NCBI GenBank assembly: GCA_020628165.1
Contig: JAHDFM010000011.1
Coordinates: forward strand, 18,969-82,968
Direction: 5' to 3'
Source: Bdellovibrionales bacterium
Lineage (GTDB): Bacteria; Bdellovibrionota; Bdellovibrionia; Bdellovibrionales; UBA1609
DNA: 64,000 nt
A program made the position numbers and the translations under genes. Below the pieces are notes generated by a model. That model was not told where the DNA came from. It did no database searches and saw only the letters and a list, made by a program, of their open reading frames with translations. This document shows, in pieces, positions 43,879 to 53,634 of the stretch; position 1 is the stretch's first letter; each line of letters begins with the position of its first letter.

Positions 43879-44859
43879 TCAGAGCTTGTCAGCAAAGTCT
43901 TTGGCGAAGTAAGTAAAGATCAAGTCGGCTCCAGCTCTTTTGATGGCAGTGAGGCTTTCTAAAATGACCCCATGAGCATCACATAAATTGTTGTGCCCAA
44001 GCAAAGACAACATCGAGTACTCACCACTGACGTTGTACGCAGCAATAGGAGTGTTGGTGTTGTTGCGAATATCTCTGATGATATCCAAATAAGGGAGGGC
44101 GGGTTTGACCATGACAATATCAGCCCCTTCTTCTATATCTAATTGCACTTCGGTCAAAGCAGAGTTTCTATTGGCGGGGTTCATTTGATAAGTTTTCTTA
44201 TGGCCTTTTGGGGCGGAGTCGAGAGCATCACGAAAGGGACCATAAAAATGTGAGGCGTACTTGGCGGCATAAGACATAATGCCGACCTCGCTATAGTTTT
44301 TACTATCTAAGGCTTCGCGAATGAATCCAATGCGATGATCCATCATGTCAGACGGAGAAATAAAATCACTGCCGGCTTCGGCTTGGACCAAAGCCATTTC
44401 AGCCAATATTGGTAGAGTTTTATCATTTAAAATTTTTCCATCTTCAACAAAGCCATCTTGTCCATCGCTAGAGTAGGGGTCCATGGCCACATCTGTGAAG
44501 AGTATGACATCAGGGAATTCTTTTTTTAACTTGCGAATGGCCTTAGGCATTAGGCCGTCGGGGTTTTTACTTTCCGTCGCCGTTTTGTCTTTTTTATCGT
44601 CCGGAACCACCGGGAACAAAGCCAGTCCTTTGATTCCTTTTTTGTGCGCCTCTTCCACTTGTGGCAACAATAAATCAAGGCTAAATTTAAAAATGCCCGG
44701 CATGCTTTTGACTTCTTGTTTTTGATTATCACCCTCTAACATAAACACCGGCCAAACTAGATCGTTGCAGGTGAGGTGGGTTTCTTGAACCAGCTCGCGC
44801 GTGGATTTGTTTTTTCTTAAGCGACGTGGTCTGAGGTGTTTGTTGTAGGCTTTACTCAT
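43879..44859 (-). CDS. hemB: Porphobilinogen synthase (delta-aminolevulinate dehydratase), Asp-rich (non-Zn) active-site type
   Basis: Colinear with HemB (..MVKPALPYLDII.., ..YNVSGEYSM..). The metal-site region DVAMDPYSSDGQDG is the Asp-rich variant. Confidence 0.95.
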   Translation of the reverse strand: MSKAYNKHLRPRRLRKNKSTRELVQETHLTCNDLVWPVFMLEGDNQKQEVKSMPGIFKFSLDLLLPQVEEAHKKGIKGLALFPVVPDDKKDKTATESKNPDGLMPKAIRKLKKEFPDVILFTDVAMDPYSSDGQDGFVEDGKILNDKTLPILAEMALVQAEAGSDFISPSDMMDHRIGFIREALDSKNYSEVGIMSYAAKYASHFYGPFRDALDSAPKGHKKTYQMNPANRNSALTEVQLDIEEGADIVMVKPALPYLDIIRDIRNNTNTPIAAYNVSGEYSMLSLLGHNNLCDAHGVILESLTAIKRAGADLIFTYFAKDFADKL

Positions 44860-45427
44860 GATGTTTGATCTCTTCTATTATAGACTGTAATGTTTTGATT
44901 GGTAAACCAACGATACTACTTGGGTCCTGACTTTCTACCTTGGCAAATAAGTTTTTTCCATTCAGTTCGTATTTGTATCCACCGGCACAGCCAATGGGCT
45001 TGTCTAGGTGTACGTACTCATGAATCTGATCAGGACTTAAGTTTTTAAGCGTAAGAGTGGTGATGTCTAAATGATTAAAGCACTTATGAGGTGAGTACAC
45101 ATACAACGAAGTGAGAAGTTGATGGCTGTCATTGTTCATTTGTTGCAAACGTTCAATGGCTTGCTCGAGAGTTTTTGGTTTGTTGTAGGTTCTATTTTTA
45201 AAAACCAACATTTGATCGGAGCCAATGATAATATCATTTTTAAATTGTTGAATGAGACTTTCACTTTTTTTTTGGCCGAGCAACTGACACAGCTCTTTGG
45301 GTGAAAGTGCTTGTTGTTGCTTGAACCCCTCTTCGTCAAATAACGGGGAGACGGCCTCAAAGTCATAGCCCATATTTTCCATTTGCATTTTTCTAAATGG
45401 GGAGGTGCTAGCAAGGATTATTTTCAT
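44852..45427 (-). CDS. maf: Maf-like nucleoside-triphosphate pyrophosphatase
   Basis: MKIILASTSPFRKMQMENMG.. and ..GAYKYE-type GCAGGYKYE. ATG 45427 was preferred over the upstream non-ATG start. The stop overlaps the hemB start region. Confidence 0.85.
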   Translation of the reverse strand: MKIILASTSPFRKMQMENMGYDFEAVSPLFDEEGFKQQQALSPKELCQLLGQKKSESLIQQFKNDIIIGSDQMLVFKNRTYNKPKTLEQAIERLQQMNNDSHQLLTSLYVYSPHKCFNHLDITTLTLKNLSPDQIHEYVHLDKPIGCAGGYKYELNGKNLFAKVESQDPSSIVGLPIKTLQSIIEEIKHHE

Positions 45428-45562
45428 GGATTCATCCTTACAACAGAGGTGACTGTTATGTACACCTCTAGGCACTAAAAATTGTTAAAACTTTGTGCAA
45501 TGACCTAGGCATGTCATAGATTACTCTTGTAACACCTTACTGTTGTGAGAGATCATTGATTT

Positions 45563-46633
45563 ATGAATTATGTACATAACTTAGACCCATTTTTTATTCA
45601 TTTCACTGGCGATATTGGCATCCGATGGTATGGCCTTGCATACCTCACCGGTTTTTTTCTTGGCTACGCCTTGATTCTTTTTTTAGCGAAAAGAAAGCGC
45701 ATTAACATTCCACCAGAAAAAGTGGGCGATTTTGTCACGGCCATTGCAATTGGCACCATGGTAGGTGGTCGCATTGGGTATGCTTTGTTTTACAAGCCAA
45801 GTTTGTTTTTTGAGTGGGGTGACTCCTTTCCATTTTGGGGTTTGTTAGAGGTGCACAAAGGTGGCATGGCCAGTCATGGCGGCATTCTTGGAATAATGGT
45901 GGCCGCTTGGTGGTGGGGCCGAAAACATAAAATCTCAATGTTAGAACTCACGGATTTAACGACAACAAGTGCGTCCGTCGGTTTTATTTTTGGACGTGTT
46001 GCCAACTTTATCAATGGTGAGCTTTACGGTCGTGTTGTTACCAGGGCTAACGACTGGGCGGTGAAGTTTCCTAACGAAATGTACTTGTGGCTCGAAAAAG
46101 GCATGTCCGATAAAATCACTAAACTCTATCCAGTGGTGGAGAAGTTAAAACCTTTAAAGTCTGGCGGTATTGAATTGAATCCAAGCCTCTCTGATTGGAC
46201 AATGTGGGCTGAGCGCAATAGCCAATATGCTTACAACAAGATTCAACCCTTTATGAGCCAAGCCATTGAAAAAGTGCAGCAAGGCGATGAGACCATCAGA
46301 GCGGCCTTAGGACAGGCTTTATCAGCAAGGTATCCTTCACAGCTGTACCAGGCTTTTTTAGAGGGCTTTTTAGTTTTAGTAGTTATAGTTATTTTCTGGA
46401 GAAAACCGAGGCAGGCTGGTATGGTCAGTGGGTTATGGGGGATCAGTTACGGTCTTGCACGCATCTTGGGTGAAAAGTACCGACTGCCGGATTCTCATTT
46501 AGGGTTTCAAGCTTTAGGTTTTACTCGCGGACAGTGGTTGAGCTTTGGCCTCATAGCGATGGGGGTTGCATATATGTACTTTAGCAGTCGTCAAAACAAT
46601 AAAAAAATTGGTGGGTGGTTCATTAAGGCCTAG
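45563..46633 (+). CDS. lgt: Prolipoprotein diacylglyceryl transferase, with a ~70-aa insertion
   Basis: Motifs IRWYGLAYLTGF, GGMASHGGILG and GRVANFINGELYGR. At 356 aa it is longer than the roughly 290 aa typical of the family. Confidence 0.9.
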   Translation: MNYVHNLDPFFIHFTGDIGIRWYGLAYLTGFFLGYALILFLAKRKRINIPPEKVGDFVTAIAIGTMVGGRIGYALFYKPSLFFEWGDSFPFWGLLEVHKGGMASHGGILGIMVAAWWWGRKHKISMLELTDLTTTSASVGFIFGRVANFINGELYGRVVTRANDWAVKFPNEMYLWLEKGMSDKITKLYPVVEKLKPLKSGGIELNPSLSDWTMWAERNSQYAYNKIQPFMSQAIEKVQQGDETIRAALGQALSARYPSQLYQAFLEGFLVLVVIVIFWRKPRQAGMVSGLWGISYGLARILGEKYRLPDSHLGFQALGFTRGQWLSFGLIAMGVAYMYFSSRQNNKKIGGWFIKA

Positions 46634-46671
46634 AACACTCATTTATTTTTTTAATTAATGGGGGGGCAAAT

Positions 46672-47181
46672 ATGATGATCATATTTCAAATTATAATGAG
46701 TGCGACGGTGAGCTTTTCCGAAAGCGTACCTGTTGAGTTCAATCACACGGTAGAAACATGTTTGTCAGCACAAAGCTTATGGAGTCATTTTGACTTAGCT
46801 TTGACTAACTCCAAGGGATCGCGCCTTTGGCCGACGAAATCTTCTAAAGTTCAAGGGAGCGGTGTTTCTGAAGAAGCGATTATCAATGTGACTTATAAGG
46901 CTGGCCTTTTTAGCCCTACTTACAGCTACAGAGTTTCAAATATATCGCCACTAGAAACATTCACTTACTCCGCCGTGCCGGAAGATCACCCATTTGAGGG
47001 CGGTGCACAGATTGATATAATTGATCACGGGGAGTACCGAGAGCTAGTTTGGGATGGCCTTTATCAAACTCCTGCCAATGCACGTCGACATCGTCGCTTT
47101 TTTAAAAAATATTCAGCTAAGTTTTTCAAACAATTAAATGATAATATTGGGCAGCTAGAAACCGTAGAGTGTTCTTTTTAA
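46672..47181 (+). CDS. Hypothetical protein
   Basis: 169-aa ORF with compact spacing after lgt. No motif recognised. Confidence 0.4.
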   Translation: MMIIFQIIMSATVSFSESVPVEFNHTVETCLSAQSLWSHFDLALTNSKGSRLWPTKSSKVQGSGVSEEAIINVTYKAGLFSPTYSYRVSNISPLETFTYSAVPEDHPFEGGAQIDIIDHGEYRELVWDGLYQTPANARRHRRFFKKYSAKFFKQLNDNIGQLETVECSF

Positions 47182-47386
47182 AAGTTTTTAGATAACTACC
47201 CCAAGTGGTCATTGTTGACTGCATCTTTTTGAGACACCTATTGAATATTATTTGTTGCTTCATATAATTATACTGTAACGATACACTTTATTTTTTTTCG
47301 ACATTCATTTTAAAACAACGACGTTTATTTTTATGAAAACATTTAGAAAGACTTAATTTTTTATCAACATAGCCGATAGTCTTAGT

Positions 47387-50300
47387 ATGAAAGTCTTGTT
47401 GTACGTTTTTATCTCTTTCTTTCTTTTTAACTGCTTATCATGCAGTACAGACACTCGCGTCGACCTATTATATACAAATAGTATTTCTGGTTTTGCCGAA
47501 TCTTTTAATTCTGGAGCAAGTTTGGGTGATGTCTCCATGAGCTGTGCAGATGTTACAGTGAATTTGTATAAACTCAACGAATTAGGCGATCGCATCACAC
47601 CAGAAGTGGCCAACACCAAAGTGGCTAGCAACGGACGTTATGAATTTAGAAACATAGGTTCAAAAATTAAATTTGTAAATAATAGGCCGACAGAGCCTTA
47701 CGTTGTTGAAACCGTAGGTTGCAACAAAAAGTACTCGCGCATGCTCACTGGTTTTGAGCAGCAAAACATCAACTTTGGAACCAGCTTGATCAGCTTCACC
47801 TTGGAGACCGACCTAAAAGATGAAATGGCTGACACTTATAAGAACATAGCCAGTTTAGAAGAGCTTTATAAGTCTGTCCAATCAGCTGAGAACTACAACG
47901 AAGCTTACAATGTGATCAATACAGACTCTACTCTGCGCGATAAATTTGAGAATTTGTTTGATAACAATCAACCGACGGTTCTTGAAGAGATACCTCCAAG
48001 TTTAGTCAGCGAGGTTGTGCCAGATAATATGAATGAGGGCACTCAATATCAAGTGTCGATCAGTTCATTTCATTGGGACCCTGATTACACCCAAGCCATT
48101 CAATGGAAGATAGATAATGCAACGGTCTCTACAGCGAGCACTTTTAATTTAACTTTTACTAAAAACATGCAAGGCCTGCGAACTTTAACCCTTTATTTAG
48201 GTAAAGATGACGGGGCTGGAGTCCTTGATATAAGTAAGCCTTACCTCACGAGAGTGTATGAGATTCAAGTTAACAACACTTACCCTGCGGTTCCGCTAGC
48301 TTTATCAATGGCGAGCACTGCCGTTTCTACTCGAAATGTGCAACTGCAATTAGCGACGGGTGCCGGATTTGAAAACTGTGCCACGTTTTCAAAGTTCGCA
48401 GTGACTGAAAACACATCTGTAACACCGAGCTTGTCAGACTTTACAGGCGAATGCAGCACAGAAACTACACAAACACTCAATTATGTATTGAGCTCTGCAG
48501 GAGATGGCTTAAAGACTCTTCGTCTATGGACCATTGATGCTTCTAATAATATATCAAGCCCTTACAGTTTAAATGTAACACTGGATGAAACGGCTCCCAA
48601 TATCAATGCCATCAGCCTTAACAATGGCAATGATTACTCTGGAACCCCATTCTTAAATGTTAATCTAGATATCACAGATTTATCACCGCCTATTCAAGTG
48701 CGCTTGCAAGAGGCCGACCTGATCACTGGCGATTGTCAATCGCAGTATGCCGATGATAGCTGGCTCAGTTATTCTAATTCGCTCACACCCATAGTTTTTT
48801 TAGTTTCTAATTCAGACTCACTTAAAAAAGTGTGTGCATGGGCAAAAGACAGTGTTGGTAATATCACCTCACACACTCCAACCGACGGTGTTGATGGTGT
48901 CACTTACGATGAGATCAATTATGAAGTAGGAAACCCTCCCGAAGTGATTTTACTTAAGATTTCAAATAACACTACTGGAGTGAATTTTGGCACTGAAAAC
49001 TATATCTCTGGTGATGATGTTAAGATTGAATGGAATGTGAGTGATGTTGAAGGGCTTAATAATAATCCCGTTTCTCTTTACTACACTGTTGATGATGTTA
49101 ACTGGCTGACCATTGTTGAAGACTTTGGAGGACTCACCGGTGAGCCAACAAGTTACGACTCGACATACACCAGCTTTGATGCTCCAACGAACAATTATTT
49201 TAAAATTAAAATTGTTGTTAAAGACAAATCAGCCAACTTAAGTGTTCCTATTATTTCGACACCACAAAACACGGGAAACTGGAGTGTCTATGCTGGATCT
49301 ACAGATCGTGGAGTTGGTTCATCAGCTAAAACTGCAAGCTTGTTACACAGTGGTGTTTACGGCAAGCCATTTGCGGTTAATAAATTAAATAATGATGTTT
49401 ATATGATCGATCATTACAATAATATCTTGAGGATGGATGCTCTTACGGGTTTGACTGAAGTGTTTATTAAACACGGAAGTAGTAACTTTAGCACTTCAGG
49501 TGTGGTGGACTCTTCGACTCAAACGGCGACCGATAGAGCGCAAATCGTCATAAAAGATGGCTTTATGTACTTAAAGGAAAACAATCACTATGTGCAATCA
49601 TCCATTGTTTATAAAATTAATTTACAAGACAACAGCTATATTCGTTATATATCTGGTGGACTCAATGTTGACTTAACCACAGCAACCCCACAAGACGTCT
49701 TTTTGTTAGCAGGTCCTCTTGCACTTGATGAAAGCCATTCGCTTTATACCATCACTAAATGTGTTACAACGAATTGGAACCGTTACACAGACTCATACAG
49801 AATGATTAAAATCACTCAGAAGTCTGACGGCACGGCTGATGAGGTCATTCACGTTGCAGGTAACTGTGTGCGTGAAAATATGTCTGTTGATGGTCCACTC
49901 GCAGCAACGTCAGCTCCTGTTGGAGTTAATCATTATCCTATTTACGGCGATATCACCGCCTGGGACAACGGTGACAAAATTTATTTTCAGTTCAGTCAAG
50001 GGAACGTCTTTAAAATTGTTGATGGGCAAATGTACAAAACTAATATTTCAACAAATTTAGGTCCGTCATTGTTTTACGACGATGTTCGAGAAAAAGTGTA
50101 TTTAGCCAGCAGTGTGATCACCGAAATCACTCCCGATTTAACCGGTGCTTTCGGAGATACCACAAATATGTATGTAAATAACAATGGTGCTGATAATGAT
50201 TGTTTGTCGGACAAAAAGATAAGATCAAGTGCTTGTGTTAACGCTGCTTTTGGTTTGGACAGTAGTTCGAGTGGCTCGTTATTTTTTATGGATGGTTCTG

Positions 50301-51418
50301 CGGTGAATGCAGGTCGAGCTTATCGATTACGTTATGTTGATAACAATGAAAAGGTGCAAACAGTCGCCGGCACTCTACCTTTTTATGGAGACGGACAAGA
50401 CAAGTCGTCTATACGTGGAACTTTTTCTGGTATCTATTACAAAAAATCGACTGAACCTAACCAAACAGCTTATCCAGAAGGCCTTTACTTTATGGAGCAA
50501 AAAGGGATAGTTATGGGGTATGTCAACCCGACAACTCACATGACAGAAGCTGTTTTTGGTTCTCAGAAAGGGGGCGTAAATTACTTGGACTCTGGTGTTC
50601 AAGTAGATAAATACACCAATCTTGGGACAGCTTACGGTGGTGGTAACGGCATGCCGATATCTTTTCATGATGGGCTTCCTTATTTTAAATCTCAGTACCG
50701 TGCACTGAAAGTGGACGAAAATAAACAAAGTGTGAAGCTTCACAACACGGCGACACTTTTTGATCACGCTGATCATGGTGATGCAGTCACGTCTTCTAGC
50801 TTGCATGTCTACGGTGGAATGAAGAATTTCACAATGAAAGGAAACGGTCTCTTTGTAATTGGATCTTATTATGTAGCTGGAAGCTCTCACTACAACGTAG
50901 AAAACCCTGTTTTGCACTACCACGACTTCGCAACAAATACGATCACCAAAGTCATGGGTAAGACGGGAACAACAAGTTCTCCAGATATCAGCACTCCAGG
51001 ACAAGTGCAAGACGCCTCAATCAGTAGTAGTTGTCGATTCAATGGCAGTTGTTACATGCAATATGTCGGAAGTCAGGACCGTTTGTACTTTGTTGAGGAT
51101 ACGAAGCTACGTTACATTCACAAGCCAACTGATGTTGCCAACTCTACCTTATCAACATTGCATGACTTCGGTGTTTCATTAAGTAATTTTATTTTTAAAG
51201 AAGACTTATCGATGATTTTTTATCTAAGGTCAGACGGGAAGTTATATTGTCACGATCTTACCAGCGGTAAAGCCTGGTGCAATGATAGTGTTCTAGGGCC
51301 TGCTACTGGCCTTGCGACAATTAGCCGCGGCCCTAACCAGTTCACTTGGTATGACGCCAACACGCTACTCATTAGTAACTACAAAGGCTTAATCTACAAA
51401 TACACCCTCCAAGACTAA
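47387..51418 (+). CDS. Very large secreted or lipid-anchored surface protein, unknown function
   Basis: 1343 aa. Hydrophobic N-terminus MKVLLYVFISFFLFNCLSCS, rich in Asn/Ser/Thr/Gly. Beta-rich repeat character (Ig-like N-terminal half, possible propeller-like C-terminal half). Confidence 0.6.
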   Translation: MKVLLYVFISFFLFNCLSCSTDTRVDLLYTNSISGFAESFNSGASLGDVSMSCADVTVNLYKLNELGDRITPEVANTKVASNGRYEFRNIGSKIKFVNNRPTEPYVVETVGCNKKYSRMLTGFEQQNINFGTSLISFTLETDLKDEMADTYKNIASLEELYKSVQSAENYNEAYNVINTDSTLRDKFENLFDNNQPTVLEEIPPSLVSEVVPDNMNEGTQYQVSISSFHWDPDYTQAIQWKIDNATVSTASTFNLTFTKNMQGLRTLTLYLGKDDGAGVLDISKPYLTRVYEIQVNNTYPAVPLALSMASTAVSTRNVQLQLATGAGFENCATFSKFAVTENTSVTPSLSDFTGECSTETTQTLNYVLSSAGDGLKTLRLWTIDASNNISSPYSLNVTLDETAPNINAISLNNGNDYSGTPFLNVNLDITDLSPPIQVRLQEADLITGDCQSQYADDSWLSYSNSLTPIVFLVSNSDSLKKVCAWAKDSVGNITSHTPTDGVDGVTYDEINYEVGNPPEVILLKISNNTTGVNFGTENYISGDDVKIEWNVSDVEGLNNNPVSLYYTVDDVNWLTIVEDFGGLTGEPTSYDSTYTSFDAPTNNYFKIKIVVKDKSANLSVPIISTPQNTGNWSVYAGSTDRGVGSSAKTASLLHSGVYGKPFAVNKLNNDVYMIDHYNNILRMDALTGLTEVFIKHGSSNFSTSGVVDSSTQTATDRAQIVIKDGFMYLKENNHYVQSSIVYKINLQDNSYIRYISGGLNVDLTTATPQDVFLLAGPLALDESHSLYTITKCVTTNWNRYTDSYRMIKITQKSDGTADEVIHVAGNCVRENMSVDGPLAATSAPVGVNHYPIYGDITAWDNGDKIYFQFSQGNVFKIVDGQMYKTNISTNLGPSLFYDDVREKVYLASSVITEITPDLTGAFGDTTNMYVNNNGADNDCLSDKKIRSSACVNAAFGLDSSSSGSLFFMDGSAVNAGRAYRLRYVDNNEKVQTVAGTLPFYGDGQDKSSIRGTFSGIYYKKSTEPNQTAYPEGLYFMEQKGIVMGYVNPTTHMTEAVFGSQKGGVNYLDSGVQVDKYTNLGTAYGGGNGMPISFHDGLPYFKSQYRALKVDENKQSVKLHNTATLFDHADHGDAVTSSSLHVYGGMKNFTMKGNGLFVIGSYYVAGSSHYNVENPVLHYHDFATNTITKVMGKTGTTSSPDISTPGQVQDASISSSCRFNGSCYMQYVGSQDRLYFVEDTKLRYIHKPTDVANSTLSTLHDFGVSLSNFIFKEDLSMIFYLRSDGKLYCHDLTSGKAWCNDSVLGPATGLATISRGPNQFTWYDANTLLISNYKGLIYKYTLQD

Positions 51419-51444
51419 AGCCGCTGTTATTCAGAGTCAGCAAC

Positions 51445-51506
51445 GTCACCCAGAGCACAATCCTTCATCCTAAGCACAGTATGTCATCCTGAGCGAAGCG
51501 AAGGAC
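51445..51506 (+). repeat. Dispersed GTCAYCC..GCGAAGCGAAGGAC repeat, three tandem units
   Basis: GTCACCCAGAGCACAATCC-TTCATCCTAAGCACAGTAT-GTCATCCTGAGCGAAGCGAAGGAC lies in the convergent gap after the 1343-aa ORF. Confidence 0.7.
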
Positions 51507-51576
51507 ACAACCCATCAATAACAATCACTGACTACAAAAAAATATTTTTATAAAAATAACATTTAATAAGTATCAA

Positions 51577-52473
51577 TTATAAAAATTTTCTCAGCTTTAA
51601 AATTATTTCTTTAGACTGTATCTGTTGAATAATAGACTTCGTAAGCTCAATGGTTTTCTTGTCAGATATATTAATATCGACGGTGTGACCTTTCAGGCTA
51701 TGCAAGTAATGCTGAAACAACCCCTCATCTTTTTGTGAGCCTAATTGCCCAACAAAATCACTGAGTTTTTTAAGCATCCAATAGTCTAGCATGATTGGGT
51801 CATTCATTGAGCTAGGACTTAGGTTCAAATATTTGCTTGTCTCAGCCAGAGTTTTATCTTCAAACCCAAACAACCCCTGAGGGTAGATAAAGTACATAAT
51901 CACCCATCTTATAAGTCGCCTCAATTTATGTGTACCATCTTCTAGTAAGTTAGAATCAATTTCATCGATAATTTTGTTGTGAATTTTTTTAAGCTCTTTA
52001 CGAGCACCTTTTAAGTAGTGTTTTCGTAGAACAGCAAAGTCTTGAGGAGTTTGTGATAAGCACTTTTTTATTATTGAAAGCTGTTTTTGAAATTCTGGTA
52101 GTTCTGTCATTAGCTCAAGGCTTGCTATTATAACATCTGATTTTGCATCGGATAGTATCTTCTTTGACTTTATTTGTGTCAGTTCAAACATCTCAACATA
52201 GTATAAAAAGCGACCCAGGCAATCTTCGATGCCCTTAGCTGCTAATCTTAATTGAGAGCCTGCGATAGCAAGGTCGTTGTCTTTGCTATTTCTTAGTATG
52301 CGTCCGTAGGCTTCTAGTTGAAAAGCATCAGTTCTTAACTTGATGATTTCGGCTGTTATATTTTCAATGCTTTGTTCTAAAAGAAAGTGCTCAACAAACT
52401 CATTGAGTTTTGTTTCCCAAAGGTAGCCTTTTAGAGCTTTGTAAGAGTTTTTAAATAATTTTTGATACTGCAT
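51577..52473 (-). CDS. CHAD-domain-like helical protein
   Basis: All-helical 298-aa ORF with CHAD-like landmarks (..THKLRRLIRW.. and ..LSDFVGQLGSQKDEGLF..). Assignment is from memory of the family pattern. Confidence 0.45.
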   Translation of the reverse strand: MQYQKLFKNSYKALKGYLWETKLNEFVEHFLLEQSIENITAEIIKLRTDAFQLEAYGRILRNSKDNDLAIAGSQLRLAAKGIEDCLGRFLYYVEMFELTQIKSKKILSDAKSDVIIASLELMTELPEFQKQLSIIKKCLSQTPQDFAVLRKHYLKGARKELKKIHNKIIDEIDSNLLEDGTHKLRRLIRWVIMYFIYPQGLFGFEDKTLAETSKYLNLSPSSMNDPIMLDYWMLKKLSDFVGQLGSQKDEGLFQHYLHSLKGHTVDINISDKKTIELTKSIIQQIQSKEIILKLRKFL

Positions 52474-52517
52474 TGTGTGTTGGATAGAGCAGTTCTTATA
52501 TTTTGTCTAGGTAGGTT

Positions 52518-52543
52518 GCGCTAGGTCCTTCGCTCAAGTTGAC
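52518..52543 (-). repeat. Dispersed repeat, single unit in inverted orientation
   Basis: The reverse complement reads GTCAACTTGAGCGAAGGACCTAGCGC and shares the GAAGGACCTA(A)GCGC tail with the 39.7-kb copy. Confidence 0.55.
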
Positions 52544-52578
52544 AAATATTTACTTAAGGCAGTTTTTCACTGCAATAT

Positions 52579-53304
52579 TTATCTATGCCGATCTGTATAT
52601 CTTTTGGCAGATACAGTTAAATAGGCATTGCTCGTTATGAAATAGTTCAAAACATCTCTATTGAGCGAGCTTTGTTGAGCGTTGTATTTTTTCTGATAGG
52701 TCAGTGCAGGAACTTTTTTAAATCTTAGGTCCCTCCAATTGAGAGTTGTATCACTTGTTATCTCCTCAGGTACGTCAGTGACTTCAGGAAACATTTCTTC
52801 AAAATAGGTTAAAGCGTGAGCCATATGAAGTTCGTCACTGTAGTCGAGATCAAGGATTCTACCATTTTCTTCAATAATGACATGAAAGCCCCAGATCGAG
52901 TTTGACCCCTCAAAATCACCAGAGAGTGAAGCTTGCTTAAATTTATCTATCTTGTGTTTTGGTACGAATTGCTTGTGGCCTAATTTAGGAAGTAAAAATA
53001 CAACATTTACATCTGTAAGATCGACACCTTGTCTGTAGAGTAAGTCAATGATTACATAAACATTATTATTACAATACTCAGAACCGTAACAATAGGTGTG
53101 TGGGTTTCTGATCAGTTCAGTGTCGATGAAGTCGTTGTATTGAGCTTGAGTTTGGGCAAGGACAGATGGGCTTAAGTTTAAAATTTCAGTGCTACAATAT
53201 GCTTGTTTTAATTCCGGTTCATTACTGTCTTGAGCTTTTGAATGGATACAAATGCTAATGAATGCAAAGATCATTAAAATACTTTTATTAATTGAATAGC
53301 CCAT
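52579..53304 (-). CDS. Secreted protein, unknown function
   Basis: ATG 53304 gives the signal peptide MGYSINKSILMIFAFISICIHSKA. The longer ORF-track start at 53412 adds a non-signal N-terminus. Confidence 0.45.
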   Translation of the reverse strand: MGYSINKSILMIFAFISICIHSKAQDSNEPELKQAYCSTEILNLSPSVLAQTQAQYNDFIDTELIRNPHTYCYGSEYCNNNVYVIIDLLYRQGVDLTDVNVVFLLPKLGHKQFVPKHKIDKFKQASLSGDFEGSNSIWGFHVIIEENGRILDLDYSDELHMAHALTYFEEMFPEVTDVPEEITSDTTLNWRDLRFKKVPALTYQKKYNAQQSSLNRDVLNYFITSNAYLTVSAKRYTDRHR

Positions 53305-53576
53305 CTTTTGACATGAGATGCAAATAGAAAGCCACAACTTCTTATCCAGTAAGCATTTATTTTTTTTATGAATTAGACTGTGAAATTTAGAACGTTCTTT
53401 TGTAAAAGACAAAAACTGTCACTTTTGGAGAGTCAGCTGACGCTTTTTGCATGAGTGATAGATGAGTCTTCTTGTTGTCTATTTATAATTTTTTATTGTT
53501 AAGAAAACTTGGGGTATCTTTAATTAGGTGGTTACTTAAAGGTGAAATTTATTTAGAGCAGCTACTATTGAGCACT

Positions 53577-53607
53577 AAAAAAAGCCAGCGTAGGCTGACT
53601 TTTTTTT
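53577..53607 (-). terminator. Rho-independent terminator of nrdB
   Basis: On the minus strand, AGTCAGC-CTAC-GCTGGCT forms a 7-bp stem (one G-U) and is followed by a T run. It lies 28 nt after the nrdB stop. Confidence 0.7.
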
Positions 53608-53634
53608 ATTCCATATAAAAATGAAGGTTAATAA

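Noticed and set aside
50375-51010. 211-aa ORF antisense within the 1343-aa gene
   Set aside because: It is fully embedded antisense in a much longer ORF with coherent composition, and its Cys/Arg/His-rich product is typical of antisense frames.
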